Part shown: positions 9,390 to 18,267 of the stretch, one piece after another
Numbering within the stretch: the first letter of the stretch is position 1
Layout: the number at the start of each line of letters is the position of its first letter
From: Flavobacteriales bacterium
GTDB lineage: Bacteria; Bacteroidota; Bacteroidia; Flavobacteriales_F; PHOS-HE28
Direction: 5' to 3'
NCBI GenBank assembly: GCA_020635655.1
Contig: JACJZI010000005.1
Coordinates: 74,036 to 138,035 of the forward strand
DNA length: 64,000 bases
Position numbers and translations under genes: made by a program
Notes under the pieces: model-generated
The model's database searches: none
Told to the model about the DNA's origin: nothing
Seen by the model: only the letters and a program-made list of their open reading frames with translations

Positions 9390-12300
9390 ATGAAAGGTCC
9401 CGACCGCATGCAGCTTACCAGAACATTCGCACTTATCGTCCTTGTGGCCTTTGGCCAGACCATGATCATGGCTCGGGAGTCCGTGGAACCGCGCAAAGGT
9501 CATGGCTCGAACGGCACCAATGGTCAACCCAAGGCCGCAGGATGCTCTCCGGCCACCGCCTTCAATGAACTGGACCTGAACAACGTCCGGGCCCGGATCG
9601 AGACGGGGGGTAACCTGTGGCAGGATCGCGGCAGCCCGGGAGGACCGGCCTATGAGGTGCCCAAGACCAGTGACAGGACAGGCGCGAACGCGCTTTTCGC
9701 CGGTGCACTTTGGATGGGGGGATATTCCCCGGACAACCAGCTCAAGTTGGCGGCCGTGCGCTTCCGTCAGGAGGGCAATGATTTCTGGCCGGGTCCGCTG
9801 ACCAATACCGGTGATGCCTCGATCCTGCCCACACAATGCGAGTACTACGATCGCACGTGGAAGACCAAGCGGGAGGATGCCGAGGTCCATCAGGGCTACT
9901 ATCAATGCGCACTGGACCCCGATTGCGACGTGAACGAGGACTTCCCCAATTTCACGACCCCCATCGAATTCTACGAGTGGCCCGCACATGGGGATATCAA
10001 TCTGGACCAGGACTACTACCTGGCGCCATTCGTGGATTTCGACGGCAGCGGGGATTATGATCCGGACCAAGGGGATTACCCGGGGTTCGACCTGGACGGG
10101 GTCGTGGATTGCAAGAACCGATTCCGGGAGGATCCCATTCCCTTGTTCGGTGACCAGAACATCTGGTGGGTATTCAATGACAAGGGCAATGCCCATACCG
10201 AGTCCGGAGGGCTGCCCATCGGCATGGAGGTGCGCGCGCAGGCCTTCGCCTTCAGCACGAACGACGAGGTCAACAACATGACCTTCTACAACTATGTCCT
10301 GATCAACCAAGGGACGCAGACCCTGTTGAACACGTACTTCGGTCAATGGGTGGACTGCGACCTGGGTTGTGCGGATGACGATTACGTGGGTTGCGACGTG
10401 CAACGCGGTCTGGGGTATGCCTACAACGGCGACAACAACGACGAGGACTGCAATGGGCACCCGGGATACGGGGTCCAGCCGCCGGCCGTGGGCGTGGACT
10501 TCTTCGAGGGTCCGTTCCAGGACTACGACGGCATCGACAATCCGTTGACCTCGGATTTCAATGTGGCGATCGCTCAGCATGGGATCCCCTACCCGGGTAT
10601 CGGCATCGGCTACGGCGATACCGTGCCCGACAACGAGCGTTTCGGCATGCGGGCCTTCCTCTATCACAACAATGATGGTTCGGTCACAGGGGACCCTTCG
10701 AACGCCATCCACTACTACAACTATCTGAAGGCCATTTGGAAGGACAACTCCCCCTGTCTATACGGCGGAACAGGGCACATCAGCGATCCGGAGGCCGACC
10801 CGAACACGCCTGCGTTCTACATGTTCCCAGGGGACTCCGATCCCTTGGGTTGGGGCACGGGTGGTGCCGTGCAGGGCGATATCTGGTCCGAGGAGACCGC
10901 GGGCAACCCGCCGGCGGACCGCCGCTTCATCCAGAGCGCGGGTCCGTTCACTCTGGAGCCCGGCGCCTACAACAACATCACCGTGGGGGTGGTCTGGGCC
11001 AGGGCCACCGGTGGTGGTCCGTTCGAAAGCGTCAACCTGGTGCGGCGTGCGGATGACAAGGCCCAGTCCCTGTTCGACAACTGCTTCAAGATCCTGGACG
11101 GTCCGGATGCGCCGGACCTTCGCATCGTGGAGCTCGACCGGGAGCTGATCCTGCAGATCTCCAATCCACAGAACAGCAATAATTTCAATGAGGAATATGA
11201 GGAGAAGGACCCCCGCATCCCCAATGATGCGCCGGACCCGCTCTATCGCTTCCAGGGATACCAGGTCTACCAGATCAAGGATGCGACCGTGAACGTCTCG
11301 GACCTCCGCGACATCGATCTGGCCCGCTTGGTCTACCAGTGCGACATCCAGGACAGTGTCGGTCAATTGGTGAACTACATCCAGGATGACGCGATCAATC
11401 TGCCGGTGCCGACCGAGATGGTGGATGGCGCGGACAAGGGGATCGGACATACCGTCCGCATCACCGAGGATAAGTTCGCACAAGGCGACCCACGTTTGGT
11501 GAACTTCAAGACCTACTACTACATCGCGATCGCATACGGGTACAATAACTGGGAGGACTACAACCCCGGTACGTTGACAGGTCAGCCATACCCCTATGTG
11601 GCCGGTCGGAAGGCGGCATCGGGTGCGATCCGCTCCTACAGTGGGATCCCCCACAAACCTTCACCCCAGGATGGGGGCACTGTGCTCAACGCCCAATACG
11701 GGGATGAGTTCGCCATCACCCGTTGGGAAGGCCAGGGCAATGGAGGCAACGAACTCCAGTTGGACAAGGCGACGATGGAGGCGATCGTGAGCGGTTCACC
11801 TTGGCGGCAGGACAAGTTGACCTACGAGCCCGGCCAAGGTCCGGTGAAAGTGAAGGTGATCGATCCGCTCAGCGTGAAAGCAGGCAATTTCGAACTGTGG
11901 TTCCACGATACCGCTACTTTCGGCAACCTGGACGACGCTTACTGGGAGTTGGAAAGCCTGGACCTGGACCTGAACGGGGATGGTGTTCTACCGGACGTCA
12001 TTCCGAGCGATCGCTCCATCACGGTACCCAACGAGCAGATCATACCCGACCTGGGGATCTCCATTGAGGTCGCACAGGCGTTCTACTCGAACGACGGGAA
12101 GTTCACGGACCTCGTCGGTTCGGGCGTCACCTATGCGGATCCGAGCAAGGCCTGGCTGGGCGGCATACCCGACGCGGACGGCGAGAACCCGCTGAATTGG
12201 ATCCGAGCGGGCACCAGCAACGAGGATGCGAACTCCTACAACGACTATGTGGGCGTGGATGATGATGAGACCTATGAAAAGGTGATACCGGTGACGATCG

Positions 12301-13508
12301 GTGCATTGAGCGGTGGAACATGGTCGCCGTGGCAATTGGTCGGGGATACGGCATTCCAACCGGCCGCTGACGATATCGGCAGCACATATGGTTCCGTGAG
12401 CCTCAACCGGATCAGTGATATGAGCAGTTGTGTGGTGGTCTTCACCTCCGACAAGAGCAAATGGACGCGATGTGCGGTGCTCGAGGAGAACGAGGATCCC
12501 ACCCTGGCGCAGGGCGGGGCCGGAAAGCTCCATCTGCGTGCATCGCCCAGCGTGGACAAGAACGGTCGCCGATCGGGCACCCCGGGGTGCAACGAGGACG
12601 AGGCCACCTTCTTTGGGCAGCAACCGACCGGAATGGGATGGTTCCCCGGATACGCCATCGCCCAGGAGACCGGTGAGCGTTTGAACATGGCCTTCGGCGA
12701 GGACTCCTTCTGGGGGGGCTCGATCGGTCGGGACATGATCTGGAACCCGAGCGATACCCTCATCTCCGGCCTGGGAGAACCGGTGTTCGGCGGATGCCAC
12801 TACATCTATGTCTTCGGGAACCGGCAATTGAGCGAAGGCAGTGACACGCGGATGCCGCAGTATGACGAAGGCCGGTACCTGTACGAGAAGCTCTCCTCCG
12901 GCTCGAACGCCGACCGCAGCCGCGTGTTCCGGGCAGCCAGTTGGGTGGGCGCTCCCCTGCGTTTGCCTGGGGCGGACTACCTGAGCGTCCAGGATGGTCT
13001 GATCCCCACCGAGACCAAGGTGCGACTGGACGTGAGCAAGCCCTACAAGTCCTATGTGGAGCCCTATAGCGGATATACTCCGGCCATTCCCACCCCGCCC
13101 TACACCTTCCGGAACAACGGGTGGCCCCTGTATGCGTTCAATACCGGTGAACGGGCCGTGCTGATCAACGACCAGACCACGGCCGAGACCGCCTGCGACA
13201 TGATCAACGTGGTGCCCAACCCCTATTATGGGTTCAGCAGCTACGAAACGAGCCGCCTGGACAATCGGGTCAAGTTCATCAACCTGCCGCAGACATGCAC
13301 CATCTCGATCTACAACGTGAGCGGCACCCTGGTCCGCCGGTTCAAGAAGGACAACGGACTGACCTATCTGGACTGGGACCTGCGCAATCAGGCCAACGTA
13401 CCGATCGCCGGTGGAGTTTACATCTGCCACATCGAGGTGCCGGATGTGTGTGAGCGCGTGGTGAAATGGTTCGGGGCCTTGCGGCCGGTGGACCTGCAGA
13501 ATTTCTGA
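9390..13508 (+). CDS. 1372-aa secreted protein of unknown function with a T9SS type-A-like C-terminal sorting domain
   Basis: N-terminal signal peptide. The last ~95 aa are VVPNPYYGF...TISIYNVSGTLVRRFKK...WDLRNQANVPIAGGVYICHIEV...KWFGALRP (Por_Secre_tail-like). I recognise no catalytic domain. Confidence 0.8.
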   Translation: MKGPDRMQLTRTFALIVLVAFGQTMIMARESVEPRKGHGSNGTNGQPKAAGCSPATAFNELDLNNVRARIETGGNLWQDRGSPGGPAYEVPKTSDRTGANALFAGALWMGGYSPDNQLKLAAVRFRQEGNDFWPGPLTNTGDASILPTQCEYYDRTWKTKREDAEVHQGYYQCALDPDCDVNEDFPNFTTPIEFYEWPAHGDINLDQDYYLAPFVDFDGSGDYDPDQGDYPGFDLDGVVDCKNRFREDPIPLFGDQNIWWVFNDKGNAHTESGGLPIGMEVRAQAFAFSTNDEVNNMTFYNYVLINQGTQTLLNTYFGQWVDCDLGCADDDYVGCDVQRGLGYAYNGDNNDEDCNGHPGYGVQPPAVGVDFFEGPFQDYDGIDNPLTSDFNVAIAQHGIPYPGIGIGYGDTVPDNERFGMRAFLYHNNDGSVTGDPSNAIHYYNYLKAIWKDNSPCLYGGTGHISDPEADPNTPAFYMFPGDSDPLGWGTGGAVQGDIWSEETAGNPPADRRFIQSAGPFTLEPGAYNNITVGVVWARATGGGPFESVNLVRRADDKAQSLFDNCFKILDGPDAPDLRIVELDRELILQISNPQNSNNFNEEYEEKDPRIPNDAPDPLYRFQGYQVYQIKDATVNVSDLRDIDLARLVYQCDIQDSVGQLVNYIQDDAINLPVPTEMVDGADKGIGHTVRITEDKFAQGDPRLVNFKTYYYIAIAYGYNNWEDYNPGTLTGQPYPYVAGRKAASGAIRSYSGIPHKPSPQDGGTVLNAQYGDEFAITRWEGQGNGGNELQLDKATMEAIVSGSPWRQDKLTYEPGQGPVKVKVIDPLSVKAGNFELWFHDTATFGNLDDAYWELESLDLDLNGDGVLPDVIPSDRSITVPNEQIIPDLGISIEVAQAFYSNDGKFTDLVGSGVTYADPSKAWLGGIPDADGENPLNWIRAGTSNEDANSYNDYVGVDDDETYEKVIPVTIGALSGGTWSPWQLVGDTAFQPAADDIGSTYGSVSLNRISDMSSCVVVFTSDKSKWTRCAVLEENEDPTLAQGGAGKLHLRASPSVDKNGRRSGTPGCNEDEATFFGQQPTGMGWFPGYAIAQETGERLNMAFGEDSFWGGSIGRDMIWNPSDTLISGLGEPVFGGCHYIYVFGNRQLSEGSDTRMPQYDEGRYLYEKLSSGSNADRSRVFRAASWVGAPLRLPGADYLSVQDGLIPTETKVRLDVSKPYKSYVEPYSGYTPAIPTPPYTFRNNGWPLYAFNTGERAVLINDQTTAETACDMINVVPNPYYGFSSYETSRLDNRVKFINLPQTCTISIYNVSGTLVRRFKKDNGLTYLDWDLRNQANVPIAGGVYICHIEVPDVCERVVKWFGALRPVDLQNF

Positions 13509-13537
13509 TCAACGAACCGAACGAAGACGCGAACGTC

Positions 13538-14593
13538 ATGAAGACGATGCACGGAAAGATCGCGATGAGCGGAGCGTTGGCCGCGATGCTGCTGACGGCA
13601 CCGGTCCATGCGGGCAACCCCGACCGGGCCGGTTCCGCTGGAGCGACACAATTGCTCATCAATCCCTGGGCGCGGAGCAATGGCTGGGGGCTGGCGAACA
13701 CGGCGACCTTGAGCGGCGTCGAAGGGATGTTCGGCAACATCGCAGGTCTGGCGCACACGCAGAAGACCGAGATCCTGTTCACCACGACACGCTGGCTCGA
13801 GGGCTCGGGCGTGAAGATCAATGCCATCGGTCTCGGGCAGAAGCTGGGATCCGCCGGTGTGATCGGTCTGAGCGTGATGACCATGTCCTTCGGGGATCTG
13901 ACCATCAGCACGACGGACCAACCCGAAGGTGGACTGGGTACCTACAGTCCGCAAATGATGAACATCGGTCTGGCCTACTCCAAGGCCTTCTCGAACAGCA
14001 TATACGGTGGTTTGTTGGTGCGTCTTGTCTCCGAGTCCATATCCAATGTGCGCAGCCAGGGCATCTGTTTCGATGCCGGCATCCACTACCGTACGGGCCA
14101 GCGTGATCAGGTGCACTTCGGGATCGCCCTGAAGAACGTGGGACCGCCCATGCGGTTCAGTGGCGACGGCCTGTCCGTGCAGGGCCTATTGGTGAGCGGC
14201 AGTGATCAGCTCACCTTGTCCCAGCGTTCCGAGAAGTACGAGTTGCCCTCGATGCTGAACATCGGAGGTGCCTATGACTTCCAACTGGGTGAAAAGCATC
14301 GCCTGACACCGGCGCTGACCTTCATCTCGAACTCGTTCACACGCGACCAGTTCGTGTTCGGCATCGAGTATGCGTTCCGCAAGATCTTCCACCTCCGCGG
14401 TTCCTATCTCTGGGAGGACGGGATCACCAGCGACGTGGACAGGGCGACCGTTTTCACCGGCCCTGCGGGGGGGCTGAGCGTGGACCTGCCGTTCGGCAAG
14501 GAAAAACGATCGACCATCGCCGTGGATTATGCATACCGTGCCACCAACCCGTTCAGCGGCGTGCACAACATCGGCGTGCGCATCAGCTTGTAG
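13538..14593 (+). CDS. PorV/PorQ-family outer-membrane beta-barrel protein
   Basis: Signal peptide, then DRAGSAGATQLLINPWARSNGWGLANTA...GNIAGLA and FGIALKNVGPPMRF, the N-terminal and mid-barrel signatures I associate with PorV/PorQ. Ends in an aromatic-rich beta-strand region. Confidence 0.72.
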   Translation: MKTMHGKIAMSGALAAMLLTAPVHAGNPDRAGSAGATQLLINPWARSNGWGLANTATLSGVEGMFGNIAGLAHTQKTEILFTTTRWLEGSGVKINAIGLGQKLGSAGVIGLSVMTMSFGDLTISTTDQPEGGLGTYSPQMMNIGLAYSKAFSNSIYGGLLVRLVSESISNVRSQGICFDAGIHYRTGQRDQVHFGIALKNVGPPMRFSGDGLSVQGLLVSGSDQLTLSQRSEKYELPSMLNIGGAYDFQLGEKHRLTPALTFISNSFTRDQFVFGIEYAFRKIFHLRGSYLWEDGITSDVDRATVFTGPAGGLSVDLPFGKEKRSTIAVDYAYRATNPFSGVHNIGVRISL

Positions 14594-14613
14594 GTGATCA
14601 TGTACTTTTGATG

Positions 14614-14644
14614 CAGGAGGACCTCTCGAGGTCCTCCTGTTTTC
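14614..14644 (+). terminator. Rho-independent terminator closing the 5592-14593 operon
   Basis: Stem AGGAGGACC / GGTCCTCCT around the CTCGAG centre, followed by TGTTTTC. Confidence 0.7.
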
Positions 14645-14662
14645 TTACCCGCTGCCACGACC

Positions 14663-15136
14663 ATGAGCACACCAGCATACCTGTCCGAGGAGGGACTGAA
14701 GAAACTGCAGGATGAGCTCCATCATCTGCGAACGGTGGAACGTCCCCATCTGAGCCAGCAGATCGCCGATGCACGGGACAAGGGCGACCTGAGCGAGAAC
14801 GCTGAATACCACGCCGCCAAGGAGGAACAGGGCTTGTTGGAGGCGCGGATCGCCAAATTGGAGGAAGTGCTGGCGAACGCCCGTCTCGTGGATACGGACC
14901 AGCTCGATACCAGCAAGGCCTATATCCATTGCACGGTGAAGGTGCTGCATGTGGCCAGCAGCACCCATAGGTCCTTCACCCTGGTCGCTGAAAGCGAGGC
15001 CGATATCAAGACCGGGAAGATCAGCGTGAGCTCCCCGATCGGAAAGGGCCTCCTCGGAAAGGCGGTGGGGGAGGTGGTGGAGATCTCGACCCCCGCCGGT
15101 ACGACCCATTTCGAGGTCATCGAGATCACGCGCTGA
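14663..15136 (+). CDS. greA: Transcription elongation factor GreA
   Basis: LSEEGLKKLQDEL, GDLSENAEYHAAKEEQ and C-terminal ISVSSPIGKGLLGK. Confidence 0.93.
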   Translation: MSTPAYLSEEGLKKLQDELHHLRTVERPHLSQQIADARDKGDLSENAEYHAAKEEQGLLEARIAKLEEVLANARLVDTDQLDTSKAYIHCTVKVLHVASSTHRSFTLVAESEADIKTGKISVSSPIGKGLLGKAVGEVVEISTPAGTTHFEVIEITR

Positions 15137-15137
15137 G

Positions 15138-15527
15138 ATGGCCAGCGTCTTCACCCGGATCGTTCGCGGCGAGATCCCCGCGTACAAGGTGGCGGAGAAC
15201 GACCGCTTCCTGGCCTTCCTCGACATCGACCCGCTTCGGGAGGGACACACCCTGGTCATACCGAAGGTCGAGGTCGATTATCTGTTCGATCTGGATGACG
15301 CCACGCTGGGGGATATTCTCTTGTTCTCGAGGGATGTGGCAAGGAAGATCGCCACGGTGGTCCCTTGTGCACGCATCGGTGTCTCTGTGATCGGCCTCGA
15401 GGTGCCCCATGCGCATGTGCACCTGGTCCCGATCGATCGCATCGATGACATGGATTTCGGGAAGGCCAGGCCGAAGTTCTCACCGGACCAGTTCGCCCTA
15501 TTGGCCCAACGGATCCGGAACGCCTAG
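15138..15527 (+). CDS. HIT-family nucleotide hydrolase/transferase
   Basis: FTRIVRGEIPAYKV, the PLREGHTLVIPK motif and the histidine triad HAHVHLVP. Confidence 0.9.
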   Translation: MASVFTRIVRGEIPAYKVAENDRFLAFLDIDPLREGHTLVIPKVEVDYLFDLDDATLGDILLFSRDVARKIATVVPCARIGVSVIGLEVPHAHVHLVPIDRIDDMDFGKARPKFSPDQFALLAQRIRNA

Positions 15528-16141
15528 CGGAGCCGGTCCGGATTGTTCCGCACGAAGGCGCTCCAATCCCCGCCCTTTCGCGAGCCCATCACCCTGCCGT
15601 TCCGTGCGAAGTGATGACAGAGCGCCACGGCAAGGGCATCGGTGGCATCGGTGCTGGCCGGCAATCGGTCCACCTTGAGGATCATGTGCAACATGGCCGC
15701 CACCTGCTCCTTGGTGGCATTGCCATTGCCGGTGATGCTCTGCTTGATCCGTTTCGGGGCATATTCCACGACGGCGACCTCCCGTTGGATCGCTGCGGCA
15801 ATGGCCACACCCTGCGCTCGACCCAGCTTCAACATGCTTTGGACGTTCTTCCCGAAGAACTGCGCCTCGATCGCCATTTCGTCGGGCAGATGCCTCTCGA
15901 TCAGTTCGCTCGTGCCGCGGAACACGTCACGCAGTCGCAGTGTCTGGTCCGTGTTGCGCTGAAATCTTACACACCCGGCATCGATCAGACAGACCTTGGG
16001 TCCGCTCGTGCGCACAAGGCCGAAACCCATCACCGTGGTCCCTGGGTCGATGCCCAGTATGATGCGTTCAGCACCTTCCCGCCCTGGAGCTAAGGCATCC
16101 CTTCTATTTTTGGGCGTCCTATGAGCGTGCGAATCCTCCAT
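15524..16141 (-). CDS. ruvC: Holliday junction resolvase RuvC
   Basis: IILGIDPGTTVMGFGLV, AIEAQFFGKNVQS and TGNGNATKEQV. The only in-frame ATG gives a 26-aa N-terminal extension, so the start is uncertain. Confidence 0.85.
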   Translation of the reverse strand: MEDSHAHRTPKNRRDALAPGREGAERIILGIDPGTTVMGFGLVRTSGPKVCLIDAGCVRFQRNTDQTLRLRDVFRGTSELIERHLPDEMAIEAQFFGKNVQSMLKLGRAQGVAIAAAIQREVAVVEYAPKRIKQSITGNGNATKEQVAAMLHMILKVDRLPASTDATDALAVALCHHFARNGRVMGSRKGGDWSAFVRNNPDRLR

Positions 16142-17119
16142 TTGCGTGGCAGGTCCCTGCCGTTCCGGATCGTGCGATGGGCGGTCTTCCTGGCCGCATG
16201 CGTCTACTTGTACGTTCGGCTGTCAGGTGCACAAGGTACATCCGGTGGTTCGTCGCCGCCCCCCCTGGTCGCCCTGTGCCTGGCCGGGGTGCTCCTGGGC
16301 ATGGTCGCCAATTGGGGCCTGGAGGCCTGGAAATGGCGGAGGCTCATCGCTGGCACCGTTCATGTCCCGTTCGGTACGGCGGTACGCGCCATCCTGGCCG
16401 GCACCACGGTCGGCTTGATCACCCCGAACCGAACGGGGGAGTTCCTCGGTCGGGTGGCCTTCCTACCCGCGCATCTCCGGGATGAGGCGTCGTTCATCAC
16501 CGTCCTGGGCAGCATCACACAGTTCGCCGTGACCATCCTTGTTGGCGCGTTCGCCATGAGCATGGTCCCGTGGTTGGGACCGATGCTCCCCTTGGACCAT
16601 GCCTGGTCGATCGCTGTGGGCACTGGAGCGCTCTTGCTGGGGTCTTTCGCGCTCATCTTGTTGGTCCGCCCCGTGCTGATCGTGCAATTGCTCGAACGAC
16701 TACCGGGATCGGGGACTCGTCTGCGCAAGGCCCGTGTGCTGAGCGATGTGCCCGTCCGGATCCTCTGGACAACGCTCGGGTTCAGCGCTTTGCGTTATCT
16801 CGTGTTCACCTTGCAGTTCGCTTGTGCTTTGCACATCCTTGCCCTGGTGCCGTGGTCACAGGCCTTGATCGCTGTACCGATCGTTTTCCTGTGCACCACG
16901 CTCATTCCCACGGCCGTGCTTACGGAACTGGGTGTGCGTGGCTCTGTGGCCGTGGCCGTTCTGGCGGGTACATCCATGGAGCCAGCGAATATCGCATGGG
17001 CGACCTCGATGCTCTGGGCGGTGAACCTGGCGCTACCGGCCCTGGCAGGTGGTGCCATCCTTCTTCAGATGCGTGCGAACACCGAGACGTCCGTTCCATC
17101 CGGCGCAGGCGTCACATGA
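16121..17119 (+). CDS. Flippase-like / UPF0104 (lysyl-PG-synthase TM region-like) integral membrane protein
   Basis: About 8 predicted TM helices, with N-terminal WKWRRL and PNRTGEFLGR motifs typical of this family as I recall it. Confidence 0.6.
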   Translation: MSVRILHLRGRSLPFRIVRWAVFLAACVYLYVRLSGAQGTSGGSSPPPLVALCLAGVLLGMVANWGLEAWKWRRLIAGTVHVPFGTAVRAILAGTTVGLITPNRTGEFLGRVAFLPAHLRDEASFITVLGSITQFAVTILVGAFAMSMVPWLGPMLPLDHAWSIAVGTGALLLGSFALILLVRPVLIVQLLERLPGSGTRLRKARVLSDVPVRILWTTLGFSALRYLVFTLQFACALHILALVPWSQALIAVPIVFLCTTLIPTAVLTELGVRGSVAVAVLAGTSMEPANIAWATSMLWAVNLALPALAGGAILLQMRANTETSVPSGAGVT

Positions 17120-18264
17120 CGACCACGCTCGTCCTCATCCTTCTTCTCTGCGCCCTGGCGCTCGTCCATGCAGGCCTCCTGGACCAGTTCTCCGCGGGTC
17201 TGAGATCATGTGCCTCCGCTGATACCCCGGCGGTCCTGGACGACCGGACCATGCTGTCCGTCATCGTTCCCTGTCGCGACGAACGTGCGCACATCGCTTC
17301 CATTTTGCAGGACCTCCATGCGCAGGACCTCTCCAGGGACCGCTACGAAGTGATCGTCGTGGATGATGGTTCCACGGATGGCGGGATGGATATCGTAGAG
17401 GCCATGCGGACCAAGTGGCCCGCACTGCGCTCGGTGCGCCTGTCGGACAATAAGGGCAAGAAGGCCGCCATCCGTCAAGGCGTTCAACTCGCACGGGGCG
17501 AGGTTGTGCTCGTCAGCGATGCCGATGTCGGGCACGGGCCCCGGCATTTGCGCAGGGTCCTGGATCGGTTCTCCGGCCCTGCGGTCGACCTGCTGTTGAT
17601 GCCAGTATGGACGGACGCGAAAGGGGGGTGGTGCCGATCGTCACAGGAGATCGAACAGGCAGCCCTGCTCGGTGTGGCCATCGGAAGTGCGTGTTCCGGC
17701 CGGCCCCTATTGGCCAATGGAGCGAACCTCGCATTTCGCAGGTCGGTGTATTTGGGGCTGCCGAAGGAGGCATCGGGTCCCGATTGGGCCTCGGGGGATG
17801 ACATGTTCCTGATGGCGGCGATGGTCGCAGGCCGGCATTCGGTCACCGCGTTGGCGCATCCCGATGTCCTGGTGCATACCCCGGCCGTCGAGGGTTGGTC
17901 GGCCTATTTCGCGCAGAGGCTGCGCTGGGCCGGGAAGATGCGTGCGGTGCGCCTGCCCGCCACGCTGTGGATCGGGGGGCTCGAAGTCCTCCTGCCTTGG
18001 GCACTGATCGCCGTTACCGCATGGGCGGTCGCGCATGTTGCGTTGGGACAGGGATGGGTGCGCACATGGTCAATGATCACCCTGGCCTGGGCACTTTGGT
18101 CATTGCCGATCCTGACATTGGTGCACACGGTGCGCAGGGCCTTTGGGTCACGGGAACGACCTTTGGCGACGTTGCTGGCCTTGCTGCAATTCGTTGCGCT
18201 GGCCCCGCTCATTGCATTGCTCGCGATCTTCGTCCGTCCCGCATGGAAGGGCCGCAGGACCTGA
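17116..18264 (+). CDS. Family-2 glycosyltransferase with C-terminal transmembrane helices
   Basis: LSVIVPCRDE....YEVIVVDDGSTDG, VSDADV (DxD) and QRLRWAGK (QxxRW-like). The ATGA overlap with the upstream gene sets the start at 17116. Confidence 0.8.
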   Translation: MTTTLVLILLLCALALVHAGLLDQFSAGLRSCASADTPAVLDDRTMLSVIVPCRDERAHIASILQDLHAQDLSRDRYEVIVVDDGSTDGGMDIVEAMRTKWPALRSVRLSDNKGKKAAIRQGVQLARGEVVLVSDADVGHGPRHLRRVLDRFSGPAVDLLLMPVWTDAKGGWCRSSQEIEQAALLGVAIGSACSGRPLLANGANLAFRRSVYLGLPKEASGPDWASGDDMFLMAAMVAGRHSVTALAHPDVLVHTPAVEGWSAYFAQRLRWAGKMRAVRLPATLWIGGLEVLLPWALIAVTAWAVAHVALGQGWVRTWSMITLAWALWSLPILTLVHTVRRAFGSRERPLATLLALLQFVALAPLIALLAIFVRPAWKGRRT

Positions 18265-18267
18265 TAC

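Noticed and set aside
8394-10712. 772-aa ORF on the minus strand
   Set aside because: It is entirely antisense to the well-supported TBDR-like and 1372-aa genes. Its composition is dominated by R/G/V/H/D/A, as expected for shadow frames in GC-rich DNA, and I recognise no motif.
11988-13430. 480-aa ORF on the minus strand
   Set aside because: It is antisense to the 1372-aa gene, with no motifs and shadow-frame composition.
9390-13508. Interpretation of the 1372-aa protein as PorU, since porU-porV adjacency is canonical
   Set aside because: I see no gingipain/C25-like His/Cys catalytic segments and none of the N-terminal features I associate with PorU, and the upstream TBDR-like partner is not part of the porUV locus. 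I could not run an HMM search, so this remains the main alternative to test.
16570-17115. Long N-terminal extension of the GT2 ORF (564 aa)
   Set aside because: It overlaps the membrane-protein gene in another frame. The ATGA junction at 17116, followed by a TM helix and the GT2 motifs, gives a sensible start.
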